This document shows, piece by piece, positions 51,487-63,218 of a stretch of DNA of 64,000 bases. Every line of letters starts with the position of its first letter. Positions within the stretch are counted from its first letter, which is position 1. The position numbers and the translations under genes were made by a program. A model generated the notes under the pieces. The model had not been told where the DNA came from. It did not search any database and was given only the letters and a program-made list of their open reading frames with translations. Source of the DNA: Schizochytrium sp. TIO01 (lineage: Eukaryota; Protista; Bigyra: Labyrinthulomycetes); NCBI GenBank assembly GCA_004764695.1, contig SMSO01000031.1, positions 596,436-660,435 of the forward strand, written 5' to 3'.

Positions 51487-54400
51487 TCAAGAGTCCTGTT
51501 TACGGTCAGCTACTAAGGTTACAGTCTTGCTCTGGTTGTCTGCGGCACGCTTATATTCTATAGACATAACCTTTTTGTCATCGGTCTCACGATGAATGCC
51601 ATGATGCACTACACGATGATCTCCGTTCGCGAGTTTAAAGTTAAGCCGCAAAACCTGGTGGCCTTCCTTAACTTGGTCCTGGATGTGGGGTGGGGCGGAA
51701 ACAGATCGGATGATTACAGACTCATCCTGAATCCCAACCTTTACATCCTCTTCTGCAGGTTCAGTAACGGCCTCACCTTCATCACGAGTGTTAATGTAAC
51801 CCTTGGCAAGATTAGTCACAGGCCCCGTTTTGGTCGTAATACTGACATGCCGCCTATCCCCCTCATGGGTAATCTCAATGTTTTGCGTTGGGGTCAGCCT
51901 ACGTGCAACAGCTCGCTTGGCAAAGTTAATATTTTGCAACTCTAGAATCGGGTCCATTACCTCGCTCTCCTTCAAGTTGCCTACCCAAGTTCCAGCAAGG
52001 AGGTCTAAGTGAGCGTCGCTGCTTGCAGTGTCTGGGGGAGTAGTAAAAGGTTCAGCTCCTGCAGGTCTGGACTCGGCGATTTCAAAAGTTTTGGATCCAG
52101 TCATGTCGATAGCATCGGCAGGAATATCCTTTTTAGCAGGCAGTTCATTAGGAGCCCAGTCTTCGGGGGATTCTACACCCTTGTCAATATTGAGCTGGCG
52201 AATCGCTGCTGCAACTGTGCGCTCCAATTTGACATCCTCCAGTGCACCTTGAAAGTCACCACCATACTCCGTAGGTAGAATTGCAGGATCCATGAGGCTG
52301 CGAAGGAGCGCCTTGAGCTTTTCGTCGCTACCAGAGGGAAAGTTAATTTTTTCAGTTGTTTTCTTTGCAAGAAATGGAGATACCACACCCCAAATGAAGC
52401 GGAAACTACTCGGAGCGTTGATCACATAGACCTTAATGATAAGCTCAGGGTATTGTTGCATGCAGTGGTTCATGGGCTGGAAGTAATTAATGACTTCGCG
52501 TGACAGTTGACCAATGGAGAAGCCTTTGAGATCAATAATCTTGTTCAGACGTCCGGTTTTGGTGAGCCTGTTCTTAATCCAGAATTCATTCAAAAAGACA
52601 CAATGGTAAGCAAAGTCCTCCGCGGTAATGTTGGCTTTCTTGAGTTCCTCGACATTACGTTTAACGTCTGTAAAACGCTCCAAAGTCACCAAATGACCAT
52701 CGTGATCATTCCCGAACCAACAGTGAGGGAAACGCTTTTTAATTCGGAAAAAGTCAGGAAGCGGCCGGTTAAGAATCTGGTCCACATTTTCTTCGCGACG
52801 CCACTGTAGGGAACCTTGCCATTGTCGCATTGCATCTTTTCGGTTATTGTCAGTGGCATCAAACCACTTTTTGGGGATGTTATCTTCAGTAAGACTTTCA
52901 TCAAAGGCTCCAGAGAGAGCCTGCAAAAGCTCTTCAATGCCCTTTTCATCAGAGTCAGGGATGTTGGGACTCAGCTGTTTCTTTGAAGCATCACCAATGG
53001 CGTCAGCCTCGTGTTGTGCTGTCTCGCGATCATGGATTACATCCATGAGCTCATCTTCCGTCTGGTCCTCAGTCATCGCGCCTTGGGAAAGCCCCTCTAC
53101 GCATGAGCGCAACCGCAATTCAATGTCGTACAATGGAGCTTCGGGTGTCATCGTAGCATGAATTGTAGTTGCTGCTGCTTCCTTAGAGCCTTGCTTGATT
53201 GCCTGGTGCTGCTGCTTACTACGCACAAAGAGCATAGCTACAGCCACCGGTATGGCTAACATGGTAAGAACATACTCACGATGAAAGCACCAGTCCGGTA
53301 AGACGACTGCGACAGCAACAAAAGCACAAACAATAGTCACGACAGTGGTCTCCTTGATTTGCAGCCAGAGTGCACGTTCTTCCTCAGCCGCAGGAACAGC
53401 CTCCGCAAGAGAAGTCTGCTTCGCTGCAGGTACTGTGGATTTACTCTTGGAAGTTGGTTCACAGAACTTTGCGTCAAAGGTCAGACTTACAGGTCGCGCC
53501 TTGCTATTGTTGATTGCATCTCCACGAATAATCGGAGTGGAGTCATCATCGGCTTCGACAAGACGCTGCGCAGCGCGTACGTGGAGAGGACGGAGATTAA
53601 TGACATAGGCCACACCCTTTGGGCCAGTCATATAAATGCGCAGGATGTCAGTCTCGGCCACGCCACGGCACACAAGAGGTGTGTCCCATGTGATATCACG
53701 AGCAACGACTACTTCATCTGCAGGAATTCCCTTCTTGGCTGGCGAGTGAGCAGCCGGGGACTTTGTAATGAGCACCGGGCGGAAAGATTTGAAATTAGAC
53801 CCACCAGTAATGAGGCCGTCTTTCAGGGCTTCCAGAGCTTGACGGTAGGCTCTGAGCGCGATTTCGAGGTTGTTCATCAACTCGTCAAGTCTCTCTTGTG
53901 ATTTAACTCGCACAAGATGAGTCCGTACGATTCCTGTGACTGATGTGGCTCGAATTTGAACAATGTAGTCCTTGCTGCTGACTCTGTTGTCGATAAACTG
54001 ACATGCATAAGCTACATCTTCCATTGGGATAATTGTTTTCAGTTCGTCAGCCTGGCCTAGGAGCCATCCGCCGACAGCATCAAGACCTGTGGATCTTGAG
54101 CTACTACTGCTGGGATCACTGTCATTGTCATTGCTACCACGGTGCTTAAAAAACCCTCCTCCGTTTGTGGGCGACCCAGGTGTATTTGGTGCTGTTGAGG
54201 CCGAACCCGGAGATGTCACCGTAGACCCTGAGGAAGACGAGGATTTCTTACGACTAGAAAAGAGAAGAATGGATGACATGGTGATCATAAGGATGCGCGG
54301 TTTCCACACGGATCCAACTTGAGTCTCACCGAGGTTCATGCTATCACTAATTCCCCGGCGGCCTGTGATACCGAGGGAGGTCACCTGCGCGACCTTATCG

Positions 54401-54561
54401 CGCATGAAGCCATTCTCCTCGACTTCACAAATTCCCCTCACGCCCATAACCTCAGCAGCTTGCTCGCTAAGCTTGTCGCCCACGGCATTGGTCTTGGACC
54501 TCGATGAAACTGCTCCTTCACGTCTGGAGTAAATCACCCTCGACGGTGTCGAGGTCGACAT
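51487..54561 (-). CDS. Membrane-anchored lipid-transfer-like protein: PH-like domain, two TM helices, CRAL-TRIO, FABP/lipocalin-like domain (long paralog)
   Basis: 1032 aa ORF, first ATG 54561. PH-like segment (WKPRILMITMSSILLF...THLVRVKSQERLDELMNNLEIA), two hydrophobic helices at about 53345-53225, Sec14 motifs (FPHCWFGNDHDGHLVTLE, KIIDLKG, YPELIIKVYVINAP, ILPTEYGG), then LAGTWVGNLKESEVMDPILELQNINFAKR. Confidence 0.88.
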   Translation of the reverse strand: MSTSTPSRVIYSRREGAVSSRSKTNAVGDKLSEQAAEVMGVRGICEVEENGFMRDKVAQVTSLGITGRRGISDSMNLGETQVGSVWKPRILMITMSSILLFSSRKKSSSSSGSTVTSPGSASTAPNTPGSPTNGGGFFKHRGSNDNDSDPSSSSSRSTGLDAVGGWLLGQADELKTIIPMEDVAYACQFIDNRVSSKDYIVQIRATSVTGIVRTHLVRVKSQERLDELMNNLEIALRAYRQALEALKDGLITGGSNFKSFRPVLITKSPAAHSPAKKGIPADEVVVARDITWDTPLVCRGVAETDILRIYMTGPKGVAYVINLRPLHVRAAQRLVEADDDSTPIIRGDAINNSKARPVSLTFDAKFCEPTSKSKSTVPAAKQTSLAEAVPAAEEERALWLQIKETTVVTIVCAFVAVAVVLPDWCFHREYVLTMLAIPVAVAMLFVRSKQQHQAIKQGSKEAAATTIHATMTPEAPLYDIELRLRSCVEGLSQGAMTEDQTEDELMDVIHDRETAQHEADAIGDASKKQLSPNIPDSDEKGIEELLQALSGAFDESLTEDNIPKKWFDATDNNRKDAMRQWQGSLQWRREENVDQILNRPLPDFFRIKKRFPHCWFGNDHDGHLVTLERFTDVKRNVEELKKANITAEDFAYHCVFLNEFWIKNRLTKTGRLNKIIDLKGFSIGQLSREVINYFQPMNHCMQQYPELIIKVYVINAPSSFRFIWGVVSPFLAKKTTEKINFPSGSDEKLKALLRSLMDPAILPTEYGGDFQGALEDVKLERTVAAAIRQLNIDKGVESPEDWAPNELPAKKDIPADAIDMTGSKTFEIAESRPAGAEPFTTPPDTASSDAHLDLLAGTWVGNLKESEVMDPILELQNINFAKRAVARRLTPTQNIEITHEGDRRHVSITTKTGPVTNLAKGYINTRDEGEAVTEPAEEDVKVGIQDESVIIRSVSAPPHIQDQVKEGHQVLRLNFKLANGDHRVVHHGIHRETDDKKVMSIEYKRAADNQSKTVTLVADRKQDS

Positions 54562-55570
54562 TTTATGCCCTATTTTGGCCACCACCTCTTGTGAAGTAGA
54601 ACCTCGCTTGCGAGGTTCTTGCTATCAACAGAATTGAATACAAAATTTTCAGGCGCGAGGCCTCTGTGCGTACTCCTATAAATTTCGTAGACTCTATGTG
54701 CGTCGGAGCGAATCTGCTGTCACAAACAGAAACGAAGAAGAGAACCAAAAGAAAATATACAGCGTTCCTTCTCACACGTCAAACCAAAGAGAGGGCTCTT
54801 TTGACGCAGAAGAGGAAAACCTGCGACTGGTAGAAGACCAGCAAACCAAGAGAGCTGCAGAGAGGCTCTTGGAGCGGTTCAGGCCAGTCAAGTTTTGGCG
54901 GCCTTCTGTGGAGACCAAGTAAGTTGTCGTCGTCTAGGTGGCTCCAACCTAAAAGTAGGTGGACTACGCAGCAATCAACGCCTTGAAGGGTTTCCTCCGG
55001 CAAGTTCTCTGGTACGTTTGTGAGAAGATGGCCGCTTTCCGCAATCGGCGCTTGTGCCTTCGCCTTCCTTCCTCGGCCGCCTTGGTCACCTCGACCTGCG
55101 CGATCGGAGTTTGCTTCTTCGTTTCCTCCTGGCTGTTCGAGGATTACTTTTTTTTTATTTCTCTCAAAGTTTCTTTCCAATTGGTAAGAACAATTAACTT
55201 CTCACCAAACGAAACTAGCTTCGAACGGATGGATCGACGGGCGGATAGATAGATAGATAGACAGATATGCTCCAGTGCCAGCCTGCTTGGCCACCGGTCT
55301 GGGTCCAGGGCCTTGTCCTCTCGCGGTCGCGTTCCTGGTCTCCCTTGGCCATACAATTAGCTCGCTCGCTCAAGCAGATCGAGGTGGAGTAATTCAATTG
55401 ATTCGATTTTTGACTGTCCTTTACATATACGTACATATACATTCATACATACATACATATTCATTCCCATCAAGTTATTACTTTCGTCATTAGCGCCACT
55501 CCTATCCACTTCTACCCACTAAAATCTATTATAAGAAGAAAAACAGTGTTATTGATCCAATTGATTCTCT

Positions 55571-55626
55571 ATTCATTCATTCATTCATTCATTCATTCAT
55601 TCATTCATTCATTCATTCATTCATTC
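55571..55626. repeat. (ATTC)n microsatellite
   Basis: Direct reading. Confidence 0.95.
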
Positions 55627-56476
55627 ACTTCCCAACTATAACCAAATTCTAATTTTCTTACCAGTAAGCGCTAGCCGCGCCTAGCAGCCTCTACGATTCT
55701 ACAAATCATTTTCAAGAAACAGAATCAACCTCAAACCCAGCCTCCAAAACCCGACCTCAAGCCCCAATTCGAGGCCAATCGCAGCAAAAAAAGTCGAAGA
55801 ACCAATGTGCCGACGCCTCCAAACCGTGCTCCTCCTGCTCTTCGCGGCCTTGGGGCCTCACAGACCCCTCCACTCCCATCCTTTCACGCTCTGTGCCACC
55901 ATCGCGGTCAGTCTCGCGGGTCCCTTTCCCAATGAACTTGAACAGTCTAAGGCAGAAAGAAGAAGAAATCAACTTTTTTTAATCCACCTATCTGTACCCT
56001 ACTGCCTACTACTGCCTACCTAACTCCTACCTACGATAAAAGATTCCCTCACCAGAGTAAAGTACATCTTCCCACGGGAGTCAGCGCCATCCTCGATCTT
56101 TACAGTTGGTAGTGCATCTAGTCTGGTATTGCCGATCCCCCCGGCGATTGTTTTACGTACCTCTGAGAGTTTATGAACCAATTCAAAATTCAAATTCTCT
56201 GCGCTTCGGAAATTCAAAAATTCAAGACCTCATCAATTCAAAACTTGGAGAAAACAAGCAATCACTCAAAGCAGCCAAACGAACGAACGAACGAGCGCGG
56301 GCAAAACCGCTCTTCGCTCGAGCCTTGGCCACAGCCGAGGCCGCTCTCGCTTCTCTCCGCCGCACACCGCAGCGACCCGGCACGGAAACAAACATACGGA
56401 GCGGAACCAACTTAGTCAGCACCACCTGCCTAATCGACATTCTTTCCTTCGTTCCTTCATTCTTTCAATCGCTCAT

Positions 56477-56948
<472 letters not shown>

Positions 56949-57907
56949 TATTATTATTTGTATGACCGAGTTCAATCGATCCCATCTCTTCTCTACCCAT
57001 ACCAACTAATACAAAGAACTTGACAAGGACCTTCGAGCAGCTCCTTCTTCGCCTCCCAAAGGCGCCACCATTCTCCACTGTAGGCCGCCCTCCCACTACG
57101 CGCTATCCGCCATTCTCCACTGTGGCGCCTCCTCTACTATAGGCTATAGCGCCCTATAACTCACTTCCGCCCGCCCGTTCTTCCTGCGGCTCAGGTGACG
57201 CGCCGCTCCTACCGGCCTCCTAGCCCTTTTGGTAGCACTCCCGGGCGCCGGGCGAACGCCGCAGCGGCCAAGGGTCCGTCTGCCTGCCTCTCACGGTCTG
57301 GGAACTGGGAGCGGGTTGCCGCCAGATTCGCGCCCTCTGCGCGAATTGTACCGAGTCGCTCTCCAGCCGCTGAAGATGCCTTCCGGAGCCTCCGAGGCTT
57401 CGCCTTCGCGGCCGAACCTCAAGTTCTTTCGAAGTTCGGGCTCGAGCTGACTCGCTTGATCCATATTGGTACCGACGATCTATGGAGCTTCCGTCTTATC
57501 CTCGATCTAGCTGTCCTACTCCACTCCTAGGGAGGCAGTAGCAGGCCGCTACCCCGTGTCGCTTGTGGCATTTGCGACAGAGGTGTGCGAAAGCAGTATC
57601 GCTCGAGATTCAGGAGTTTATGGGTTTTCTTCAAGTTGGAGAAGACCATGTTGGAGAGAGCGGTCGGCGCCCGTGAGGCGGAGGCGTTGCAGGGAGGCTC
57701 GGGTTGAAGACGTGCTACAGAATCTGCTGCCTTCTCTTGTCTGGCGCAGGTTACACTACAGCTGCTGGTGTTCGGTTTCGGTAGGAGTGAGCTAGCCGGA
57801 GGAACGCAGACTTCTGGCTCTGGGATTACAGCGGATGAGGCTTATATACCAGTGTAGCAGAATCGTTCTCAGTTGGGAGCTTGGCAGCGCCTAGCACCTC
57901 AATACGA

Positions 57908-57979
57908 GCTTCGATAGCACAGCGGCAGTGCGTGTGATTCGTAATCTCAAGGTCCCGGGTTCGATTCCCGGTCGAAGCT
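57908..57979 (+). tRNA. tRNA-Thr, anticodon CGT
   Basis: Cloverleaf: acceptor GCTTCGA/TCGAAGC, D arm GCAC/GTGC, anticodon arm TGTGA-TTCGTAA-TCTCA, T arm CCGGG-TTCGATT-CCCGG, discriminator T, no intron, no encoded CCA. Confidence 0.93.
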
Positions 57980-57990
57980 TTCTTTTTTAT
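57979..57990 (+). terminator. Pol III oligo-T terminator of the tRNA gene
   Basis: TTTCTTTTTT directly after the tRNA 3' end. Confidence 0.75.
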
Positions 57991-60900
57991 TTCTTTTTCC
58001 TTGGATCACTGTATAAGCGTGTGCCTAGGAATTTGTGTACTCAGACGTCGGACAGTTTTCTCTGTTTATTCTCCTCTTTATCATCATAATCTCATGTTTT
58101 ATGATCACAGTTCCCTTTTCAGTGCGTTTTCATTTCATTTTTTATTTTAAATAAAAATAAATTGTGATTCTTTCTAGGGGCCGTTCTCTTCTCTTTCGGT
58201 ACGTCTGGTACGTTCTTTGTTCTCTTCGTTCTTCCCCGGATTGGAGAGAGAACGCATGAAGGTCAGGACGACCGGAACTTGAGGAAGGGATGATGATGAC
58301 GATGCTGTAGCATATGGAAGCGCGCGAATCTATTCTCATGGGCGTGGTGGAGGTTGGCTGATGAACCGGCTCAGGGCTTGGTGAGTGTGGATAGAAGAAG
58401 GCGTCTTTAAATTGAACTGTCGTTTACTTATTTACTTAGGTCATTCTTGTAGGCGGAGGCAGGTTGAAATCTGGCAAGAATAAATTAGGCGCGACCGACT
58501 ATGCATGAGGTGTAAACATAACGCACGAAGATACTTATGTGAAGAGTAATACTATCTCTCACCAGTCAGAAGCTATCCCTATTTAATTATGGACAAACTC
58601 AGCTAAATACATGAATGCACTACAAAAGATGAATACTTAAGACGCAATGCAAAGTAATCAGAAGACAACATGAGGTGCACAACATTTTTGCAAGCACGCA
58701 CCACCTTTTGCTTCTACATGTAAAATTGAATTGAAAGATATACCTTGTCCATAGTTGCTCACGACAACGCATAAAAAGGTGTTTACTTCAAAACCAAGTA
58801 GCGCTACCTACCTCTAGAGGTATTAATATCAAAGCATTCATAATAATGCATTAAATGATAGTCGATTGGTGCGCACACGTCTGTGAGAAGAGATGATGTA
58901 ATTGTAAAGATAGTTAGCTTTGGTATCCTCAAACGATCGTTGGGCCGTTTCACTTCGTCACATTTGCCTCAACAATCACGTTTGACAACTTACAATTCTA
59001 ATACAGGATGCTAAAGCAGCTCTTTAAGTATATACTGCTCATTCAGTGGTCACAATGATCATGAGGTGACTTCATGTTTGGATTCTTGCCCTTCGTAAGT
59101 TCTAGACAAGATGCGCATACCATCACCAAGTGCACAAGCAAATTACAAACCAATTTACCTTACTCTCCACGATACTGAGTCAGACCTCCATGCCACCAAC
59201 CGCCAATCAAACCGCTATCGACGCAAGGTATCCATCTATCTCTCAATCTAAAAAAAACAACAAGCAAGCAAAGCAGAATCTCACAAGCGAAATCCTCCAT
59301 CCTCCGGTGCATAAAACAGGTGAACCTCCAGTATCACTTTCCCCTCTCTCCCCACTGCAATACTAAACCCTATCTACTCTCCCCAAATTCTAGGTTTGCC
59401 CCTCTCTCCCCACTGCCTCTTCTCCCACTGTACTCAATGGGAACCCGCAAGCAAAAGGTGTGCACTAGCTAGACAGCATAGGCTGACCAGGCTGGCAAGA
59501 AAGTAAGTCAGTCACTCAATCAGTCGCTCTTCTCCTGCGCAGAGTGGGGGGTTTCGCAGGGGTCAGCGCAGGCGTCTGAACTCCGTCCTCAGCTCGCGTG
59601 ACGGCGCTGAGGATCCTCTGCGATGGCCCGCGCAGTCTCCGCAGTTCGGCTGTGCATTATTACGAAGAAAGCAAATGCACTGCGAGCCCAAGTCAGGAAA
59701 TTAGGGCCTTAAACCCCCTCAGTGCGCTCATATTGAACTCATACATCTTAAGGAGGGACGGTGTGCCGAAGTACCCGGGATCTTCGTTTCTTTTTTTTTT
59801 TTCTTTCTTCTTTTTCTTTCTTTCTTTAGGACTCTGCGATTTAGTTAAGTTGTGCAGGAATGAAGTTGGGATCGAAGACCGGCGCTGAGGGAGGCGCAGG
59901 CGGCGGCCGGCAGACGGAGAGGGCGGCGGAGGGCTCTGCAGAGCGCAGCCGGCCGGTGAGCGAGTGCGTGGGCGAGTGGGTGGGTGAGTGAGTGAGCGAG
60001 TGAGCGGGGCTTTCCTGATTCCGGTTTTCCATTGTCTGTTCGTTTCTTCACGAATTTGTTTGTTTGTTTGTTTGTTTCTTTCTTTCTTTCTTACTTTCTC
60101 TCTCTTTCTTTCTCTCTCTCTTAAGAGTTAACTTCCGACTTGCACGGCACTCGCGCAAGTGAAGTATAGCGTTTGTTTCACAGTAATATACTATGGACTA
60201 TAGAGTTGCCCCACTGTGCCGGGCGAAGAGGCGCTTATCGTACTAGTCGCATCGATGCGCAGCCGATCGATCAGTGGAGCGGGAGGCCTGGCAGGACAGG
60301 ACGGGGAAGGCCGTCGCACGGCCAGCTGGACGCCTGACAGCCCCGGGCAGCCAGAAGGCCACGCCCTTGGCCCTGGCCTGCGCAGCTAGCGGCTTCTGCA
60401 GAAGCGCGGCAGAGGTCGATCGTGGCCTTCTTTTTCCTTCTTAACTGAAGATTTAACTTTCAGAGATGTATGATTGTTTTTTGTTTTTTTTTTTTAAAGT
60501 TTTTTAATGTTTTAAATAATTGTAAAATCATTTTCAACAAATAAAATGAAATGAAATGAAATGAAATGAAACGAGCACAAATTTAGTCACTCACAGCATC
60601 ACATCGCATGCGCAAGTTCGCTTTGTGCAGCTAGCTAGCTAGCTAGCTGCTTGGCGCCGCAGTTTGGCGGCTGCCGGCTCGCTCGCTCGCTCTCCCTCCG
60701 CAGCGCCAGGTACGGCGCGGGGTCCGCCTCTGGCCTCCTGGCCACCCAGCTCAGGCAGTGCCTGCGCGGGTATGGATTGATTGTGAGTTGTTCGAGTCGT
60801 TTCCTGCGTCTCATTATTTCTTCTCTCTTTCTCTCTTTCTCTCTCTTTTTCTCTCTTTCTCTCTTTCTCTCTTTCTTCTCTCTTTCTTTCTCTCTCTCAA

Positions 60901-61099
60901 TTGTGGGTCCTCAATTAAACGACAGTTTAGAGTTATTCGAACGTTAATAAGAGGGAAACTGTTGCCTTAAAAATGTGTTCCGGTAAGGCCCAATAGCGGT
61001 TGCGCTAGGGGGGGGGCTGTTCTGTTGGAGGTAGGGGTGCTAGGGGAAACTGGTAGGAGGCGCCGCTGCTTAGAAAGAGGATGTCTGAGAAGTAAGAGA

Positions 61100-61300
61100 A
61101 TGAATGTATGTATATGTGAGTATGAGCGATGGATGAATGAGTGAATGAATGAATGTATTTATTTATTTATGTATTTATGTGTTTATGTATTTATTTATGT
61201 ATTTGTGTATTTACGTATGTGCGTATGTATGTATGTATGTATGTATGTATGTTGTATGTATGTACGTATGTAAGTTTGTATGTTGTAAGTTTGTAAATAT
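61100..61300. repeat. Degenerate (ATGA)/(ATTT)/(ATGT)n tract upstream of the elongase
   Basis: Direct reading. Confidence 0.85.
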
Positions 61301-61499
61301 TATGTATGTAATACATACAAATAGATAGTAAGTGGAAGGGTAGGTACCTTAGAGTTGTAATTGTTATCTGTCTACGTAGTAGAGGGGTGTTGTGCTGCTG
61401 TGCGCAATCGATTGCGCATTGCCGCAGGCAAACTCGGTTTGCGATCTGGAAAGCGCAGGGATTGAGGATCTGCGTGAGGCCAGAGAGGTTGTTGGGGAG

Positions 61500-62588
61500 A
61501 TGGACGAAATTAAGGCGGAGCTGCTCCAGCAGTGGGCAGTGTACGAGCCCCTGGTTCGCGAGTATCTGGTCAAGGCCGGTACTCTTTTCCAGCGCGATGA
61601 TGTGCTGACGCCGCTCAAATGGCGGCCCTCGGGCGACTGGCAGGCCGATGCCCTCTCCGCGTGGGCCGCCGCATGGGAGGACAACACTGTGGCCGAACAC
61701 AACGCCACACACATGATCATCCGCAACGCCAACGAGGACCAGTTCTTCATCCCGACCCAGGTGCTCGAGCCCGAACTCAAGCCTCTGTACCCCTTTGAGT
61801 GGGAAAACCACTTCGACGGATCTCCCCTCTCCATGTACATGCGCGAGTACTACGAGATCCCAATCATCTGCAGTGTCGTGTACCTCGTGGGCATCTTCTC
61901 GGGCCGTTTGATTATGAAGCTTTTCCCCGCCATGAACCTGACTCCGCTCCTGTTCCTGTGGAACCTCGGGCTCTCTGTTTTTAGCACCATCGGTGTTGTA
62001 CGTACTGTCCCGCATTTGCTCCTGACCATTCGTGAGCGCGGAATGTACACGTCGATTTGTGCTCCGGTTGGCGAGACTTTTGGTGGCGGAGCGGTTGGAC
62101 TTTGGTCATTTCTCTTCATCATCAGTAAGATCCCTGAGCTGGTCGATACGGTCTTCATCGTGCTCAGGAAGAAGCCGCTCGTGCTGCTCCACTGGTACCA
62201 CCACTTCACCGTGCTGCTTTACGTCTGGCAGTCGTACGCGACTCAGTCTAGCGCCGGCATCTACTTCATTGCGATGAACTACACGGTGCACAGCATCATG
62301 TACTTTTATTACGCGCTGGCGGCGGTGCGCATGTGGCCCAGCTTCATCCCGAGGTACACTATCACGCTCCTCCAGCTCTTTCAGATGGTACTTGGTATCT
62401 GGATCTGCGTCAAGATCTACGAATACAAGAATGCCGGTGTGCCCTGTTCCACCTCGGACGTCAGCTTCCAGTCTGGCGTTGTCATGTACTTCTCCTACTT
62501 CCTTCTCTTCCTTCAGATCCTCTACAAGATTCTCACATCCGATGGTAAGAAGAAGGCCCGCACCACTGCCCAGAAGAAGAACCAGTAA
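61500..62588 (+). CDS. Fatty acid elongase, GNS1/SUR4 (ELO) family, ELOVL6-like
   Basis: First in-frame ATG at 61500. Motifs WNLGLSVFS, FIISKIPELVDTVFIVLRKKPL, HWYHH, MNYTVHSIMYFYY, ITLLQLFQM, MYFSYFLLF and a Lys-rich C-terminus (KKNQ). Confidence 0.96.
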   Translation: MDEIKAELLQQWAVYEPLVREYLVKAGTLFQRDDVLTPLKWRPSGDWQADALSAWAAAWEDNTVAEHNATHMIIRNANEDQFFIPTQVLEPELKPLYPFEWENHFDGSPLSMYMREYYEIPIICSVVYLVGIFSGRLIMKLFPAMNLTPLLFLWNLGLSVFSTIGVVRTVPHLLLTIRERGMYTSICAPVGETFGGGAVGLWSFLFIISKIPELVDTVFIVLRKKPLVLLHWYHHFTVLLYVWQSYATQSSAGIYFIAMNYTVHSIMYFYYALAAVRMWPSFIPRYTITLLQLFQMVLGIWICVKIYEYKNAGVPCSTSDVSFQSGVVMYFSYFLLFLQILYKILTSDGKKKARTTAQKKNQ

Positions 62589-63218
62589 GAGAGGTATCGC
62601 GTTAACACTCCTAGGGTTGGCTCTACAATGCTCAAACATCAAAAACAATGATTTTACTACTACTACTACTACTACTACTACTATGACTACAAAAACAACC
62701 ACCACAATAACAATTACAAGAGCACCTCTCATGTGTCCATGTGTCCGGCAAATGCCTTCTCGTTCCTCTCTAGAGGAACAAAAACAACTACAGCGACAAA
62801 TACAGTAATTACAGTCACACACACAACATTGATGGATGCAGTGATGACGGATTTTCTCCTTGGCATTCATTCATCACCCTTCACAAAAAAGAATATTAAA
62901 ATTAGAGCTTCTCACCATCACAGTGATCAAATAACCATACATTCTCCATCACCCCCTTTCCTTTCGCTTCATGCTAGAAGAAGGTTCGTACCTGCCCTTT
63001 AAAAAAATCAATTTCTATTTGTCTAATGTCTGACACCCTTTTCATTTACTTTGACTTACTAACTTAGACTAGTATATACAATCGGTCCGCAATTTCCCCT
63101 GACGGGACCTTACATGTGGAGAACTTCTTCCGACCGCTTGCAAGTCTGCCAGTCTGTGAGGGTGCCAAGGAATAGGAATAATCATCTCCAGCTCCCAGGC
63201 CTTAAATTTAACTTGTTC

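Noticed and set aside
54698-55252. Short ORFs upstream of the long CRAL-TRIO gene
   Set aside because: No motifs and no consistent splice model; probably UTR or promoter.
60218-60330. SRP (7SL) RNA, suggested by the GCCGGGCG start
   Set aside because: No helix-8 CAGG-GNRA-AGCA motif, no convincing Alu domain, and too short to the T run.
61191-62870. Long antisense ORFs over the elongase (61191-62015 and 62106-62870)
   Set aside because: Shadow ORFs caused by strong codon bias on the sense strand.
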